The notes under the pieces: model-generated
What the model was told of the DNA's origin: nothing
Database searches by the model: none
What the model saw: only the letters and a program-made list of their open reading frames with translations
Virus record (IMG/VR): IMGVR_UViG_3300050509_000438
Coordinates: 14,416-78,415 of that record
Length of the DNA: 64,000 nt
Strand: one strand, 5' to 3'
From: a virus
Position numbers and translations under genes: made by a program
Shown here: positions 43,413 to 51,217 of the stretch, piece by piece
Layout of the letters: every line of letters begins with the position of its first letter
Numbering within the stretch: position 1 is the stretch's first letter

Positions 43413-43424
43413 TGCAAACTAATT

Positions 43425-43682
43425 ATGACTGAACAACAGGGCTATGAAGAGTACTTAAGCTTTGGAGGCACTAAGACCCGATTGGAGTGGGTAGCTGCCA
43501 CAAAACACTGGCCTTATGGCATAGACTCCGAAGGACTCATCACCGCCGTGCTCGCCTGGTGGGAGGAGCATCAGCACGACACCGACACTGTATACGATCA
43601 CGAGGGGTATACAGAGCATTACAACCGCTACAACGAGCCTCCGGAGTTCGTTCGCATAGCGCAGGAGTTGAAAGCAAACTAA
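43425..43682 (+). CDS. Hypothetical protein
   Basis: 85-aa ORF ending in ...LKAN-stop within GCAAACTAA. Confidence 0.5.
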   Translation: MTEQQGYEEYLSFGGTKTRLEWVAATKHWPYGIDSEGLITAVLAWWEEHQHDTDTVYDHEGYTEHYNRYNEPPEFVRIAQELKAN

Positions 43683-43697
43683 ATCTTGAAAACCTAT

Positions 43698-43883
43698 ATG
43701 GAGCAAAGAATAATCTCATCACTCACCAATGGCCAGTTGGTCGAATGCACAAAAGAAGAATATCCAGAAGTGCGTAAAATTCTCCATAGGCAGGCCGCCA
43801 AATATCTGGAAGAGGGACAGGAAATGAGAAGCATCATTGCTCTGGAAGAGGTAAGACGTCTTGATAAAACACATTTATGGTAG
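43698..43883 (+). CDS. Hypothetical small protein
   Basis: First ATG (MEQRIISS...) in track ORF 43686-43883. Confidence 0.45.
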   Translation: MEQRIISSLTNGQLVECTKEEYPEVRKILHRQAAKYLEEGQEMRSIIALEEVRRLDKTHLW

Positions 43884-43920
43884 TGCACACAATTAATATA
43901 AACTTTAATCAAAAACAAAA

Positions 43921-44193
43921 ATGAAAAACATCTTAATCACAACCCAGCATCGCGGTGTCTTCTTCGCACAAGTGGATGACAACACTGACCTAACTCAAAA
44001 GACGCTGGTTAACCTCAAGAATTGCCGTATGGCTATTTATTGGGGCACCACCAAAGGGGTGATGCAACTCGCTCATGAAGGCCCCACATCCTCATCTAAG
44101 ATCGGCGCACCTGCCGACATTGATGTAATGCACGACATCACCGCTGTGTTTTCGGTTTCAGATAAAGCCGCTCAAGCATGGACAATCGCCTGA
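43921..44193 (+). CDS. Hypothetical protein
   Basis: 90-aa ORF. Confidence 0.5.
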   Translation: MKNILITTQHRGVFFAQVDDNTDLTQKTLVNLKNCRMAIYWGTTKGVMQLAHEGPTSSSKIGAPADIDVMHDITAVFSVSDKAAQAWTIA

Positions 44194-44678
44194 TCACTTT
44201 TAACGAGGTTTGCCATAACGGTGCCTGTGTTGAAGGTGTGAAGGAATTTTACATTGACAATTTTTATGGCCAAACCGCCGTATCGCTGGCTGATGCCATC
44301 GATGCTGGAGCTGACCTAAAATATTTAGGAGGCTACGGCTACGGCGACGGCTACGGCTACGGCGACGGCTACGGCGACGGCTACGGCTACGGCAACGGCG
44401 ACGGCTACGGCAACGGCTACGGCGACGGCGACGGCTACGGCAACGGCAACGGCGACGGCTACGGCGACGGCAACGGCAACGGCTACGGCGACGGCGACGG
44501 CTACGGCAACGGCAACGGCGACGGCTACGGCGACGGCGACGGCGACGGCAACGGCGACGGCGACGGCTACGGCAACGGCAACGGCGACGGCTACGGCGAC
44601 GGCGACGGCGACGGCAACGGCGACGGCTACGGCAACGGCTACGGCGACGGCAACGGCGGTTGGCCCAAACCATCATGA
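44178..44678 (+). CDS. Gly-Tyr-Asp-Asn repeat protein (GYGDGYGNG...)
   Basis: 166 aa: an ordinary 50-aa N-terminal domain followed by 111 codons of strict G-[Y/D/N] alternation. The stop overlaps the recombinase ATG (ATGA). Confidence 0.55.
   Translation: MDNRLITFNEVCHNGACVEGVKEFYIDNFYGQTAVSLADAIDAGADLKYLGGYGYGDGYGYGDGYGDGYGYGNGDGYGNGYGDGDGYGNGNGDGYGDGNGNGYGDGDGYGNGNGDGYGDGDGDGNGDGDGYGNGNGDGYGDGDGDGNGDGYGNGYGDGNGGWPKPS
44328..44660 (+). repeat. Perfect hexanucleotide coding microsatellite (GGC-NAC)n, N = T/G/A
   Basis: 333 nt read directly. Every Gly codon except the first (GGA) and the last (GGT) is GGC, and every second codon is TAC, GAC or AAC. Nested longer tandem units are visible. Confidence 0.95.
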
Positions 44679-45223
44679 CCCTAGGCTACGCCCGCGTGAG
44701 CCGCGAAGACCAGGACCTCACCCGCCAGATCGACGCCCTGCAAAAGGCTGGCTGTGATAAGCTCTACCTCGATAAGATGTCGGGCGTCAAAAACTCCCGG
44801 CCTGAGCTTGACAAGCTGCTGATCGACGTGCAGCCAGGCGATACTGTGGTGGTCCATAAGCTCGACCGCCTGGGCAGATCTACTATCCACCTGCTGAGCA
44901 CCGTCACGGGCTGGCGCGATCGCGGGATACACTTCAGATCGCTCAGCGAGAGCCTGGACACCTCTTCGCCCCATGGCCGGATGATCTTTACGGTGATGGC
45001 AGCCTTTGCTGAGCTCGAGCGCGACATGATCTCGGAACGCACCAGGCATGCGCTCAGTGTGAAGAAGAGCAATGGACAGCGTATGGGGAGGCCGGAGGCT
45101 GACAGGACGCAAACTAAATCTGAGATTGCGGCTATGGTTGAGCGTGGTATGTCAGATGCCGAGATCATATCAGAGCTCAGGATGGGGAGAAGTACTTATT
45201 ATAGGTTGAAGGCTAAGCTATGA
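44675..45223 (+). CDS. Small serine recombinase (resolvase/invertase family)
   Basis: MTLGYARVSREDQDLTRQ...DKMSGVKNSRPELDKLL...GDTVVVHKLDRLGRS...FRSLSESLDTSSPHGRMIF...FAELERDMISERT, plus a C-terminal HTH (MSDAEIISELRMGRSTYYRL). Confidence 0.85.
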   Translation: MTLGYARVSREDQDLTRQIDALQKAGCDKLYLDKMSGVKNSRPELDKLLIDVQPGDTVVVHKLDRLGRSTIHLLSTVTGWRDRGIHFRSLSESLDTSSPHGRMIFTVMAAFAELERDMISERTRHALSVKKSNGQRMGRPEADRTQTKSEIAAMVERGMSDAEIISELRMGRSTYYRLKAKL

Positions 45224-45612
45224 AGCCAAGAGTAATATTCGTAGGCGTACACAATAAGCCAGGTAAGACGCCGCTGGATTCATCCACGCTGACCGGTAGA
45301 ACAGTCGATGCAATTGCAAGTCTGTTGCCTGAGTTTGAGATCGTAAAGTCAAATTTGCATGATATGGAGTATCTGCCTACAGATCGGTTGATGACTGTAA
45401 CATCATGGCGCAGGAGAGTAAAGTATAAGCGTGATGATATTGTGGTAGTATTGGGTCGCCAGGTTGGTTGGGATTTTGGAAGAAATCATGGTAGCCAAAT
45501 ACCTATTCCCTTTATCCAAATGGAACATCCTGCCAAGGTCATGTCATCAGTCGAGCGCGCACGGTATATTCAGAATGCGGTTGAGGTAATTAAAAATAGA
45601 GTTAAACTTTAA
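45220..45612 (+). CDS. Hypothetical protein (weak uracil-DNA-glycosylase-fold resemblance)
   Basis: 130 aa. VIFVGVHNKPGKTPLD...TGRTVD and a late EHPAKV weakly recall UDG-superfamily motifs A/B. Not assigned. Confidence 0.4.
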   Translation: MKPRVIFVGVHNKPGKTPLDSSTLTGRTVDAIASLLPEFEIVKSNLHDMEYLPTDRLMTVTSWRRRVKYKRDDIVVVLGRQVGWDFGRNHGSQIPIPFIQMEHPAKVMSSVERARYIQNAVEVIKNRVKL

Positions 45613-45617
45613 AACAA

Positions 45618-45956
45618 ATGGAATACGGTAAAGCACCATGGATATTAAAAAAGCGTGGGAGAACACAAATCAAACGCAACATAACAACTGCCGATGGCTT
45701 TCACATAGCGTCAGTGGGTGGCTGTTTTGGATTGAAGGATGATATTGATGCAATCGCTATCCTGCTTACAGCCGCCCCTGATCTTCTGAATGCACTCGAG
45801 TTCATCATGAACATAGACGAAAGCCAGGGTGTGAAGGGCCGCACATACGGAGACACTCAATACGACAGTCTTTCAGGACACTATGGTTCTAATGAAATGC
45901 TGAACTACATCAAGTCACTGATTGAGCCAGCCATCAAAAAAGCTCGTGGCCTATGA
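45618..45956 (+). CDS. Hypothetical protein
   Basis: 112-aa ORF. Confidence 0.5.
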   Translation: MEYGKAPWILKKRGRTQIKRNITTADGFHIASVGGCFGLKDDIDAIAILLTAAPDLLNALEFIMNIDESQGVKGRTYGDTQYDSLSGHYGSNEMLNYIKSLIEPAIKKARGL

Positions 45957-46249
45957 AAAAGAAAAAATATCTGCCGCTTTACGAGAAGTGGATGAAGACT
46001 GGCCAATTGCCAGAATGTGGATTGTGCAACTGCTTTGGTGAATGTATTACTGATGACGAATATTTTTTAGACCCATCACATCAGCTTTTTAAACTCATGT
46101 ACCCTGAAGACATAGAAATGCCGCAGAGTGAATATTGGGGGCGCGGTCCAATTGAAGAGCTTGTAGATATTGAAAAAATTCACAACGAGTTCACTCCCCT
46201 TCGTCAGAACATAGTACTCTTAATGGCCGCGATGAACGGGGAGCTATGA
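45953..46249 (+). CDS. Hypothetical protein
   Basis: 98-aa ORF with a 4-nt overlap. Confidence 0.5.
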   Translation: MKKKKYLPLYEKWMKTGQLPECGLCNCFGECITDDEYFLDPSHQLFKLMYPEDIEMPQSEYWGRGPIEELVDIEKIHNEFTPLRQNIVLLMAAMNGEL

Positions 46250-46319
46250 CTACCCCCGAAGTCCAATCCCTTATAGAAGTCCTGACCAAGTGGTTCGGAG
46301 ATCACAACTATTTCAACGT

Positions 46320-46475
46320 ATGACATACCTCGAAATTAAGGTTATCCTAAAGTACAAGTGTGAAGAACGCTGGATCGAGAACGGTTCGGCCCGTTACTTT
46401 CACGCGCATTGTGCTACGGTAGATGACTATAGCTTTAAGCGCTTGTGCATGGCGGTACAATTTTACTTCAACTGA
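46320..46475 (+). CDS. Hypothetical small protein
   Basis: In-frame ATG (MTYLEIKVILKYKCEERW...) of track ORF 46290-46475. Confidence 0.35.
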   Translation: MTYLEIKVILKYKCEERWIENGSARYFHAHCATVDDYSFKRLCMAVQFYFN

Positions 46476-46495
46476 AATGATCTAACGAAAAAGGA

Positions 46496-46738
46496 ATGAA
46501 GACACTTGAAGAGATCAAATACGAAGTGGCAAAAGAGCTTGGATACAAAGACTATGAGCACATGGTTCTGTTGGGAAATACCTATTGGATAAGCCAAGCC
46601 ACAGACCATGTCGCCAAGCGCTACGCAGAGCAGGCGATTGAAAGGTGTGCTGCGGTGGCAGATACATGCTTAAATCACGTCAACGAAGTAATCGTTGATA
46701 CTGAAGTAATCTACAACGTTAAAACCGAACTGAAATGA
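46496..46738 (+). CDS. Hypothetical protein
   Basis: 80-aa ORF. Confidence 0.5.
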   Translation: MKTLEEIKYEVAKELGYKDYEHMVLLGNTYWISQATDHVAKRYAEQAIERCAAVADTCLNHVNEVIVDTEVIYNVKTELK

Positions 46739-46935
46739 GAAAATACTGGAAAGACATCCTGCCGTCAATTAAGCTCGGCCTTTTAGTGGCGCTTCTGTTA
46801 ATCGTTGTGATTGCTATATTCCGATCCACAGTGGATGATGACAGCATCCAGCAATTCTTACGAAAGCAAATCACCGACCTTTCAGTAGGCGAGTTGATAT
46901 TAATAGTGGTTCTTATTGTAACGCTCACAAAGTAA
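46735..46935 (+). CDS. Small membrane protein
   Basis: 66 aa with two hydrophobic segments (LGLLVALLLIVVIAIF and LILIVVLIVTL). Confidence 0.45.
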   Translation: MRKYWKDILPSIKLGLLVALLLIVVIAIFRSTVDDDSIQQFLRKQITDLSVGELILIVVLIVTLTK

Positions 46936-47171
46936 TGACCTACCCCGACGAACTCCAGCAATACGAAGACCGCATGGCGCGGCGCAACCGCGTGATCAAC
47001 CGGATCATCGTGCTTTGCTTCGTGCTGATCGTTCTTACGCTGCTGGCCTTCATTACGGCGATCGGGTGGTATGTGAATGCGCAGCATAGAGAGCCTACTG
47101 TGCACAAGACCGAGTCAGGGAGCAATAAGGTTGAGCATACAAGCAGAAGGAGGATGTATGACGGTAGATGA
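46935..47171 (+). CDS. Small membrane protein
   Basis: 78 aa with a central TM helix (IIVLCFVLIVLTLLAFITAIGWYV). Confidence 0.45.
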   Translation: MTYPDELQQYEDRMARRNRVINRIIVLCFVLIVLTLLAFITAIGWYVNAQHREPTVHKTESGSNKVEHTSRRRMYDGR

Positions 47172-47319
47172 AGGAGATGAGGATGACTACTTCGATAATG
47201 AAGAGGAATCTGAACCTGATTATTATGTGTGTATGTGCTGCGGGTATACATGCGTAGAAGACCACAATGGATGGGGGTGTCCTCACTGTACAGCAATAAT
47301 GGAAGAAGGATATTATTAA
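47158..47319 (+). CDS. Acidic Zn-ribbon micro-protein
   Basis: MTVDEGDEDDYFDNEEESEPDYYVCMCCGY...GWGCPHCTA, from an in-frame ATG of track ORF 47077-47319. Confidence 0.4.
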   Translation: MTVDEGDEDDYFDNEEESEPDYYVCMCCGYTCVEDHNGWGCPHCTAIMEEGYY

Positions 47320-47429
47320 ACAAATGAAAGGAGCCACCTACATCCGCGAAGTCAACGATTACTCTGTAGTGATCAAGGTATGGCGCTGCAACAGAACAGG
47401 AGAAATATTTAACACAATACACAAACGAC

Positions 47430-47702
47430 ATGAACAAACCCAAATCAAAACGCGGCTTCGCATCGATGTCGCCGGAAAAACAACGAGAGATCGCATCTAT
47501 GGGAGGTAAGACGCATGGCAAAGAATTCTTCCAGGCTATTGGTAGCAAGGGCGGTAAGGTACACTCACGCCAGCACATGGCCGAAATTGGGCGAAAGGGT
47601 GGCTCCAAAGTATCTCAGGATCGGCGATACATGTCTGAGCTTGGTAAAAAAGGAGTCGACACCAAGCGGAAGAAGTCCGGTAAGCCCATTGCGCAGGTGT
47701 AA
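47430..47702 (+). CDS. KGG-repeat general-stress-protein-like protein
   Basis: RGFASMSPEKQREIASMGGKTHG...GSKGGKVHS...GRKGGSKVS...GKKG is the stress-induced KGG repeat pattern (YciG-like). Confidence 0.6.
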   Translation: MNKPKSKRGFASMSPEKQREIASMGGKTHGKEFFQAIGSKGGKVHSRQHMAEIGRKGGSKVSQDRRYMSELGKKGVDTKRKKSGKPIAQV

Positions 47703-47868
47703 ACAAATGTTTACATTGCTGTATGTTTACCTTTAACATCGGCCCTCAATTCTTGTACGAATACTGGGAGTATCGCCATGCTTTAGATGGGCATCATTAC
47801 GATGTCAGAATAAAAGTTTGGCTTGATCTATTCACAATGCAGGTATTTTCAACTGAACATCCACTACG

Positions 47869-48165
47869 ATGAGCAAAGACAAATTCGAGTACTTCCACAA
47901 CCACGGTGACGAAGAGGGCAACAATAGCCTCACTATTTGCTATGGGGATTCAAGCGAGCCTGATCATATCATGGTCACCTGTGAGGACACAGAAGAAGAT
48001 GCCATCGAAGCAGTGAGGCGGCTTAATGTAATCTTGGACACCTACGCCCAGCAAAAGGTCGATGAGTTCAAGGAGAAGTTGAAGATTGCTATTTGGAATC
48101 GATACCAACGGAGTGACTATCATTTAACCATCACATGTATTAATAAAGACATCGATAACCTATGA
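47869..48165 (+). CDS. Hypothetical protein
   Basis: 98-aa ORF. A TACCTTTA box lies at 47728-47735 in the upstream gap. Confidence 0.5.
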   Translation: MSKDKFEYFHNHGDEEGNNSLTICYGDSSEPDHIMVTCEDTEEDAIEAVRRLNVILDTYAQQKVDEFKEKLKIAIWNRYQRSDYHLTITCINKDIDNL

Positions 48166-48890
48166 AAAACTTCCACATCTTCCTTGATCCCACCGGTACG
48201 TGGAAAGGGAATGAGTTTCCGGACGAGCCAGGTAGATTTTTTACCTATTACAGTGCTGGTGGCAAAACTGCTGAAACAGCACAAGAAGCCGGAAGAATTT
48301 ATCAAATAGCCGTCAAGAAGCTAAAGTCCGAAGCCCTCGAAGCCAAGGATGTTCCCGCTGAACAGATTAATCCTGATGATCCGACAAGGTGGCTATTGTA
48401 TCTGGTCGAAGATGACCCCATTGAAGTCGTTCCCGGCGTTCTTTACCCCTGGGACGGAGGGTGGAAAATTTATGAGGATATGCAAGAGGACATCGGTGGT
48501 ATCTATAAAATTCGTCTCCTCCCCAAGTCTCCGGTAACCCTTGGTGCTTGTATTATTTGTGGGGCTATTGAAGGAGAACCGCACTATGCGACTTGCAGTA
48601 AAGCAACAACCGCAGCGCCGCCGACTCCGTTAATTCCGGAACGCAGCATCGCCTCGCCTGATCACTTACCCTCACTCAACACAGGCATAGTAGCCACGGG
48701 AGAACCTGAGTTTAATGTCAGGGATAACGCTATAGTAGTAAGTGGTACCGTTTCAGGCAAATCATCATCTGAAATCCTTGATGAGTTTTCTACCTTGAGG
48801 GGAGCCACAGGAAGAGAGGAGCCACAGGAAGAGAGGAGCCTGAACTATGGCAGTCAATCGATGCAAACAAGCCTAAGTATATCTGTTTAA
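48162..48890 (+). CDS. Hypothetical protein
   Basis: 242-aa ORF. Confidence 0.5.
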   Translation: MKNFHIFLDPTGTWKGNEFPDEPGRFFTYYSAGGKTAETAQEAGRIYQIAVKKLKSEALEAKDVPAEQINPDDPTRWLLYLVEDDPIEVVPGVLYPWDGGWKIYEDMQEDIGGIYKIRLLPKSPVTLGACIICGAIEGEPHYATCSKATTAAPPTPLIPERSIASPDHLPSLNTGIVATGEPEFNVRDNAIVVSGTVSGKSSSEILDEFSTLRGATGREEPQEERSLNYGSQSMQTSLSISV

Positions 48891-49035
48891 CGAACGTGTA
48901 CACCGATGGCATGCCTCTGCCACTGCTTGAATTTTGGGCACAAGTTGAGAATTGGTACGGAGACATTCAGAAAAAAGAAACAGGCGAACAGTTCTTAAAA
49001 CGAATGCTCGAAAAATACACCATAACCCGCAAGCC

Positions 49036-49449
49036 ATGACCGACGACCAGAAAAAGAAGTACGAAGAGGCGGCGAAGGAGCACACTCGCACCCACTTTTC
49101 ATTTCACAGCAGTCTTAGCGCGATGCAAGGCGAATCGTTCTTCATGGGTGCCACTCACGCCCACAATGAACTATCAGAAAAAATAGATGCTCTTGCAAAC
49201 TTCAAGAAGTATGTGCATGATCGCCTCGATAAGATGGGGATACCGTCGGATCCAGAACCGGAGAACAACAACAAACACGGATGCCGAATCGAAGGTCGGT
49301 TAAATTTCATGGAAAATCGGCTGAAGCAGGCCCACAACGCCGCAATAGACGCCGCGATTCAGCAACTAAACAGTGAACGACAAAACAGCTACATAATATC
49401 CACGTTCGAGTCGTTCTCGATTGAAAGACTCCAAAAACTGAAACTATGA
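49036..49449 (+). CDS. Hypothetical protein
   Basis: First ATG (MTDDQKKKYEEAAKEH...) in track ORF 48952-49449. Confidence 0.45.
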   Translation: MTDDQKKKYEEAAKEHTRTHFSFHSSLSAMQGESFFMGATHAHNELSEKIDALANFKKYVHDRLDKMGIPSDPEPENNNKHGCRIEGRLNFMENRLKQAHNAAIDAAIQQLNSERQNSYIISTFESFSIERLQKLKL

Positions 49450-49679
49450 CCGCCAGCAACATCGAGCACGAAGGAGAGTGCCAAGAGTGCCTCCGACATG
49501 AGAAAGACGGGCAACTGCTTTGTGATAAGATTGCCAAGCTAGAGCATGAGAACAGGGAACTGCGGGATGCACTGAAGAGTTTCGTTTACAGCGCGGCAGT
49601 AGATGCTATTTTGGAGATGAATCCCAATAGCGAATTTTCAGCAAAGCATGAAACAGCTCGTAAACTCCTCGAACCATGA
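49446..49679 (+). CDS. Hypothetical protein
   Basis: 77-aa ORF with a 4-nt overlap. Confidence 0.5.
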   Translation: MTASNIEHEGECQECLRHEKDGQLLCDKIAKLEHENRELRDALKSFVYSAAVDAILEMNPNSEFSAKHETARKLLEP

Positions 49680-49920
49680 AAACAGAAACCATCTTCATCG
49701 TAGCGATAGTCTTCGCTATATGCACCCCTTGTAAAGACAATAGAAAACATGCAATTGCGTGATGAGATTCAGGAATTAAAAACAAAATGTGACTGCCAAT
49801 ATTGAAACTATTTCAAACCATATGACTCAGCAGTTTTATAACTGCACATGCGAAGCGATGGCAGCCAGAGGCACGCCATGTCTTTGTTTTGCATGTAACA
49901 ATATTAAAATACCAAAAACT

Positions 49921-50520
49921 ATGATTGACATCATCCGCGATGAGCTTACCTCTTCCAGGTATGTGCTCACTGAGTTTATTAAAAACGAAGCCAACCTGCA
50001 GTCCATCCAACGCGCCGCAGACATTATGATCACCTGCCTGAAGAACGGCGGTAAGATCATCGCCTGCGGTAACGGCGGTAGTATGTGCGATGCCATGCAC
50101 TTCGCCTCTGAGCTTACCGGGAAGTACAGGAAAGACAGACCTCCTATTGCTGCGCTGGCAATCGGGGATCCTGCGCATTTGAGTTGTGTGGGGAATGATT
50201 ATGGGTACCGGGAAGTCTTTGGACGATACGTTAAGGCGCACGCAAAGACCGGGGATGTGTTACTGGCGCTAAGCACAAGTGGTAATAGTGATAACATAAT
50301 CATTGCTTCACATGCAATGCACATAAAGCAATGTGCGGTTGTCTACATCACAGGTAATGACAAGAACAGTTTGGTTCATAAGACGGCACTTATTGGTGGA
50401 GGTGACTGCTTGATTGAAATACCTCATTCTGGATCGGCAGATAGAATTCAGGAGGTTGGATTGATTGTTATACATGTTTTGTGTAACTTGATAGAAAAAG
50501 GCATCTATGAAGAAGATTAA
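49921..50520 (+). CDS. gmhA: Phosphoheptose isomerase GmhA (SIS domain)
   Basis: MIDIIRDEL...IQRAADIM...GGKIIACGNGGSMCDAMHFASELTGKYRKDRPPIAALAI.DPAHLSCVGNDYGYREVFGRYV...GDVLLALSTSGNS.N...ADRIQEVGLIVIHVLCNLIE is collinear with E. coli GmhA over its whole length. The track ORF extends 44 codons further upstream (49789). Confidence 0.85.
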   Translation: MIDIIRDELTSSRYVLTEFIKNEANLQSIQRAADIMITCLKNGGKIIACGNGGSMCDAMHFASELTGKYRKDRPPIAALAIGDPAHLSCVGNDYGYREVFGRYVKAHAKTGDVLLALSTSGNSDNIIIASHAMHIKQCAVVYITGNDKNSLVHKTALIGGGDCLIEIPHSGSADRIQEVGLIVIHVLCNLIEKGIYEED

Positions 50521-51217
50521 ATTAACTCATGGAGAATATGCTCTTGTTGATTCTGATGATTCTGATGATTTTGACTTTTTGAGTCAGTATACATGGAGTT
50601 TGTGTATAAACGTAAAAAATAGAACAAACCGATATGCAGCCACAAATATCGCAGGCAAAACCATTCACATGCACCATCTTCTTTTGAAGAAAAAGAGCGG
50701 ATTTGTTAGAGACCATATAGATAAAAATGGACTCAACAATCAACGGAAAAATCTTAGATATCTCACTATCTCTCAAAACAACTTTAATCAAAAGAGAAGA
50801 ACCAATACGCGAACTGGTATCACTGGAGTTTATTTTGAAGATAATTCATATGTAGTTAAAATATCTTTTAAAGGGAAAAACATCCATATAGGTAGATCCA
50901 AATCTCTCATGGTAGCCAAGAAGTTAAGAAAAGATGCAGAGAAAAAATACTATCCGAATATTAAGATTGGTAAGGAAACAGATATTGTGCATTACCCCAA
51001 GCCTCCAAAAATTCCACTGCATGAACGACAACCAAATAAGAATAGAACTTACAAATACAAAGGGGTATATCCACATGCTTTGAAATGGAGAGCAGCAATA
51101 AGTAATGGTAAAAAGGGAATGAAGTACTTAGGATTATACAGCACACAGGAGGAAGCTGCAAAAGTATATATACAAGCATTCAAAGAAAAACATGGAGTGG
51201 CTCCATATTCTATTTGA
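50507..51217 (+). CDS. HNH (HNH_3-type) homing endonuclease with AP2 DNA-binding domains
   Basis: HMHHLLLKKKSGFVRDHIDKNGLNNQRKNLRYLTISQN (HNH_3). TGITGVYFEDNSYVVKISFKGKNIHIGR and YKYKGVYPHALKWRAAISNGKKGMKYLGLYSTQEEAAKVY are AP2 repeats. Visibly AT-rich compared with the flanks. Confidence 0.8.
   Translation: MKKIKLTHGEYALVDSDDSDDFDFLSQYTWSLCINVKNRTNRYAATNIAGKTIHMHHLLLKKKSGFVRDHIDKNGLNNQRKNLRYLTISQNNFNQKRRTNTRTGITGVYFEDNSYVVKISFKGKNIHIGRSKSLMVAKKLRKDAEKKYYPNIKIGKETDIVHYPKPPKIPLHERQPNKNRTYKYKGVYPHALKWRAAISNGKKGMKYLGLYSTQEEAAKVYIQAFKEKHGVAPYSI

Noticed and set aside
44328-44660. CRISPR array?
   Set aside because: The period is 6 nt with no spacers and the array lies inside an ORF. The iteron array at 38012-38171 likewise has irregular spacing and 7-nt units. 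No CRISPR-like repeat-spacer structure exists anywhere in the window.
44200-44676. 158-aa Arg/Ser/Cys-rich minus-strand ORF
   Set aside because: It is the reverse-complement reading of the (GGC-NAC)n microsatellite. Neighbouring genes are all on the plus strand and are coupled to the plus-frame ORF.
47324-47509. 61-aa plus-strand ORF
   Set aside because: Its last 80 nt overlap the well-supported KGG-repeat gene out of frame. It may be real only as a shorter product, and that cannot be supported from sequence alone.
46940-47608. 222-aa minus-strand ORF
   Set aside because: It runs antisense across four or five short plus-strand genes, including the KGG-repeat gene. It has implausible composition and sits in a uniformly plus-strand block.
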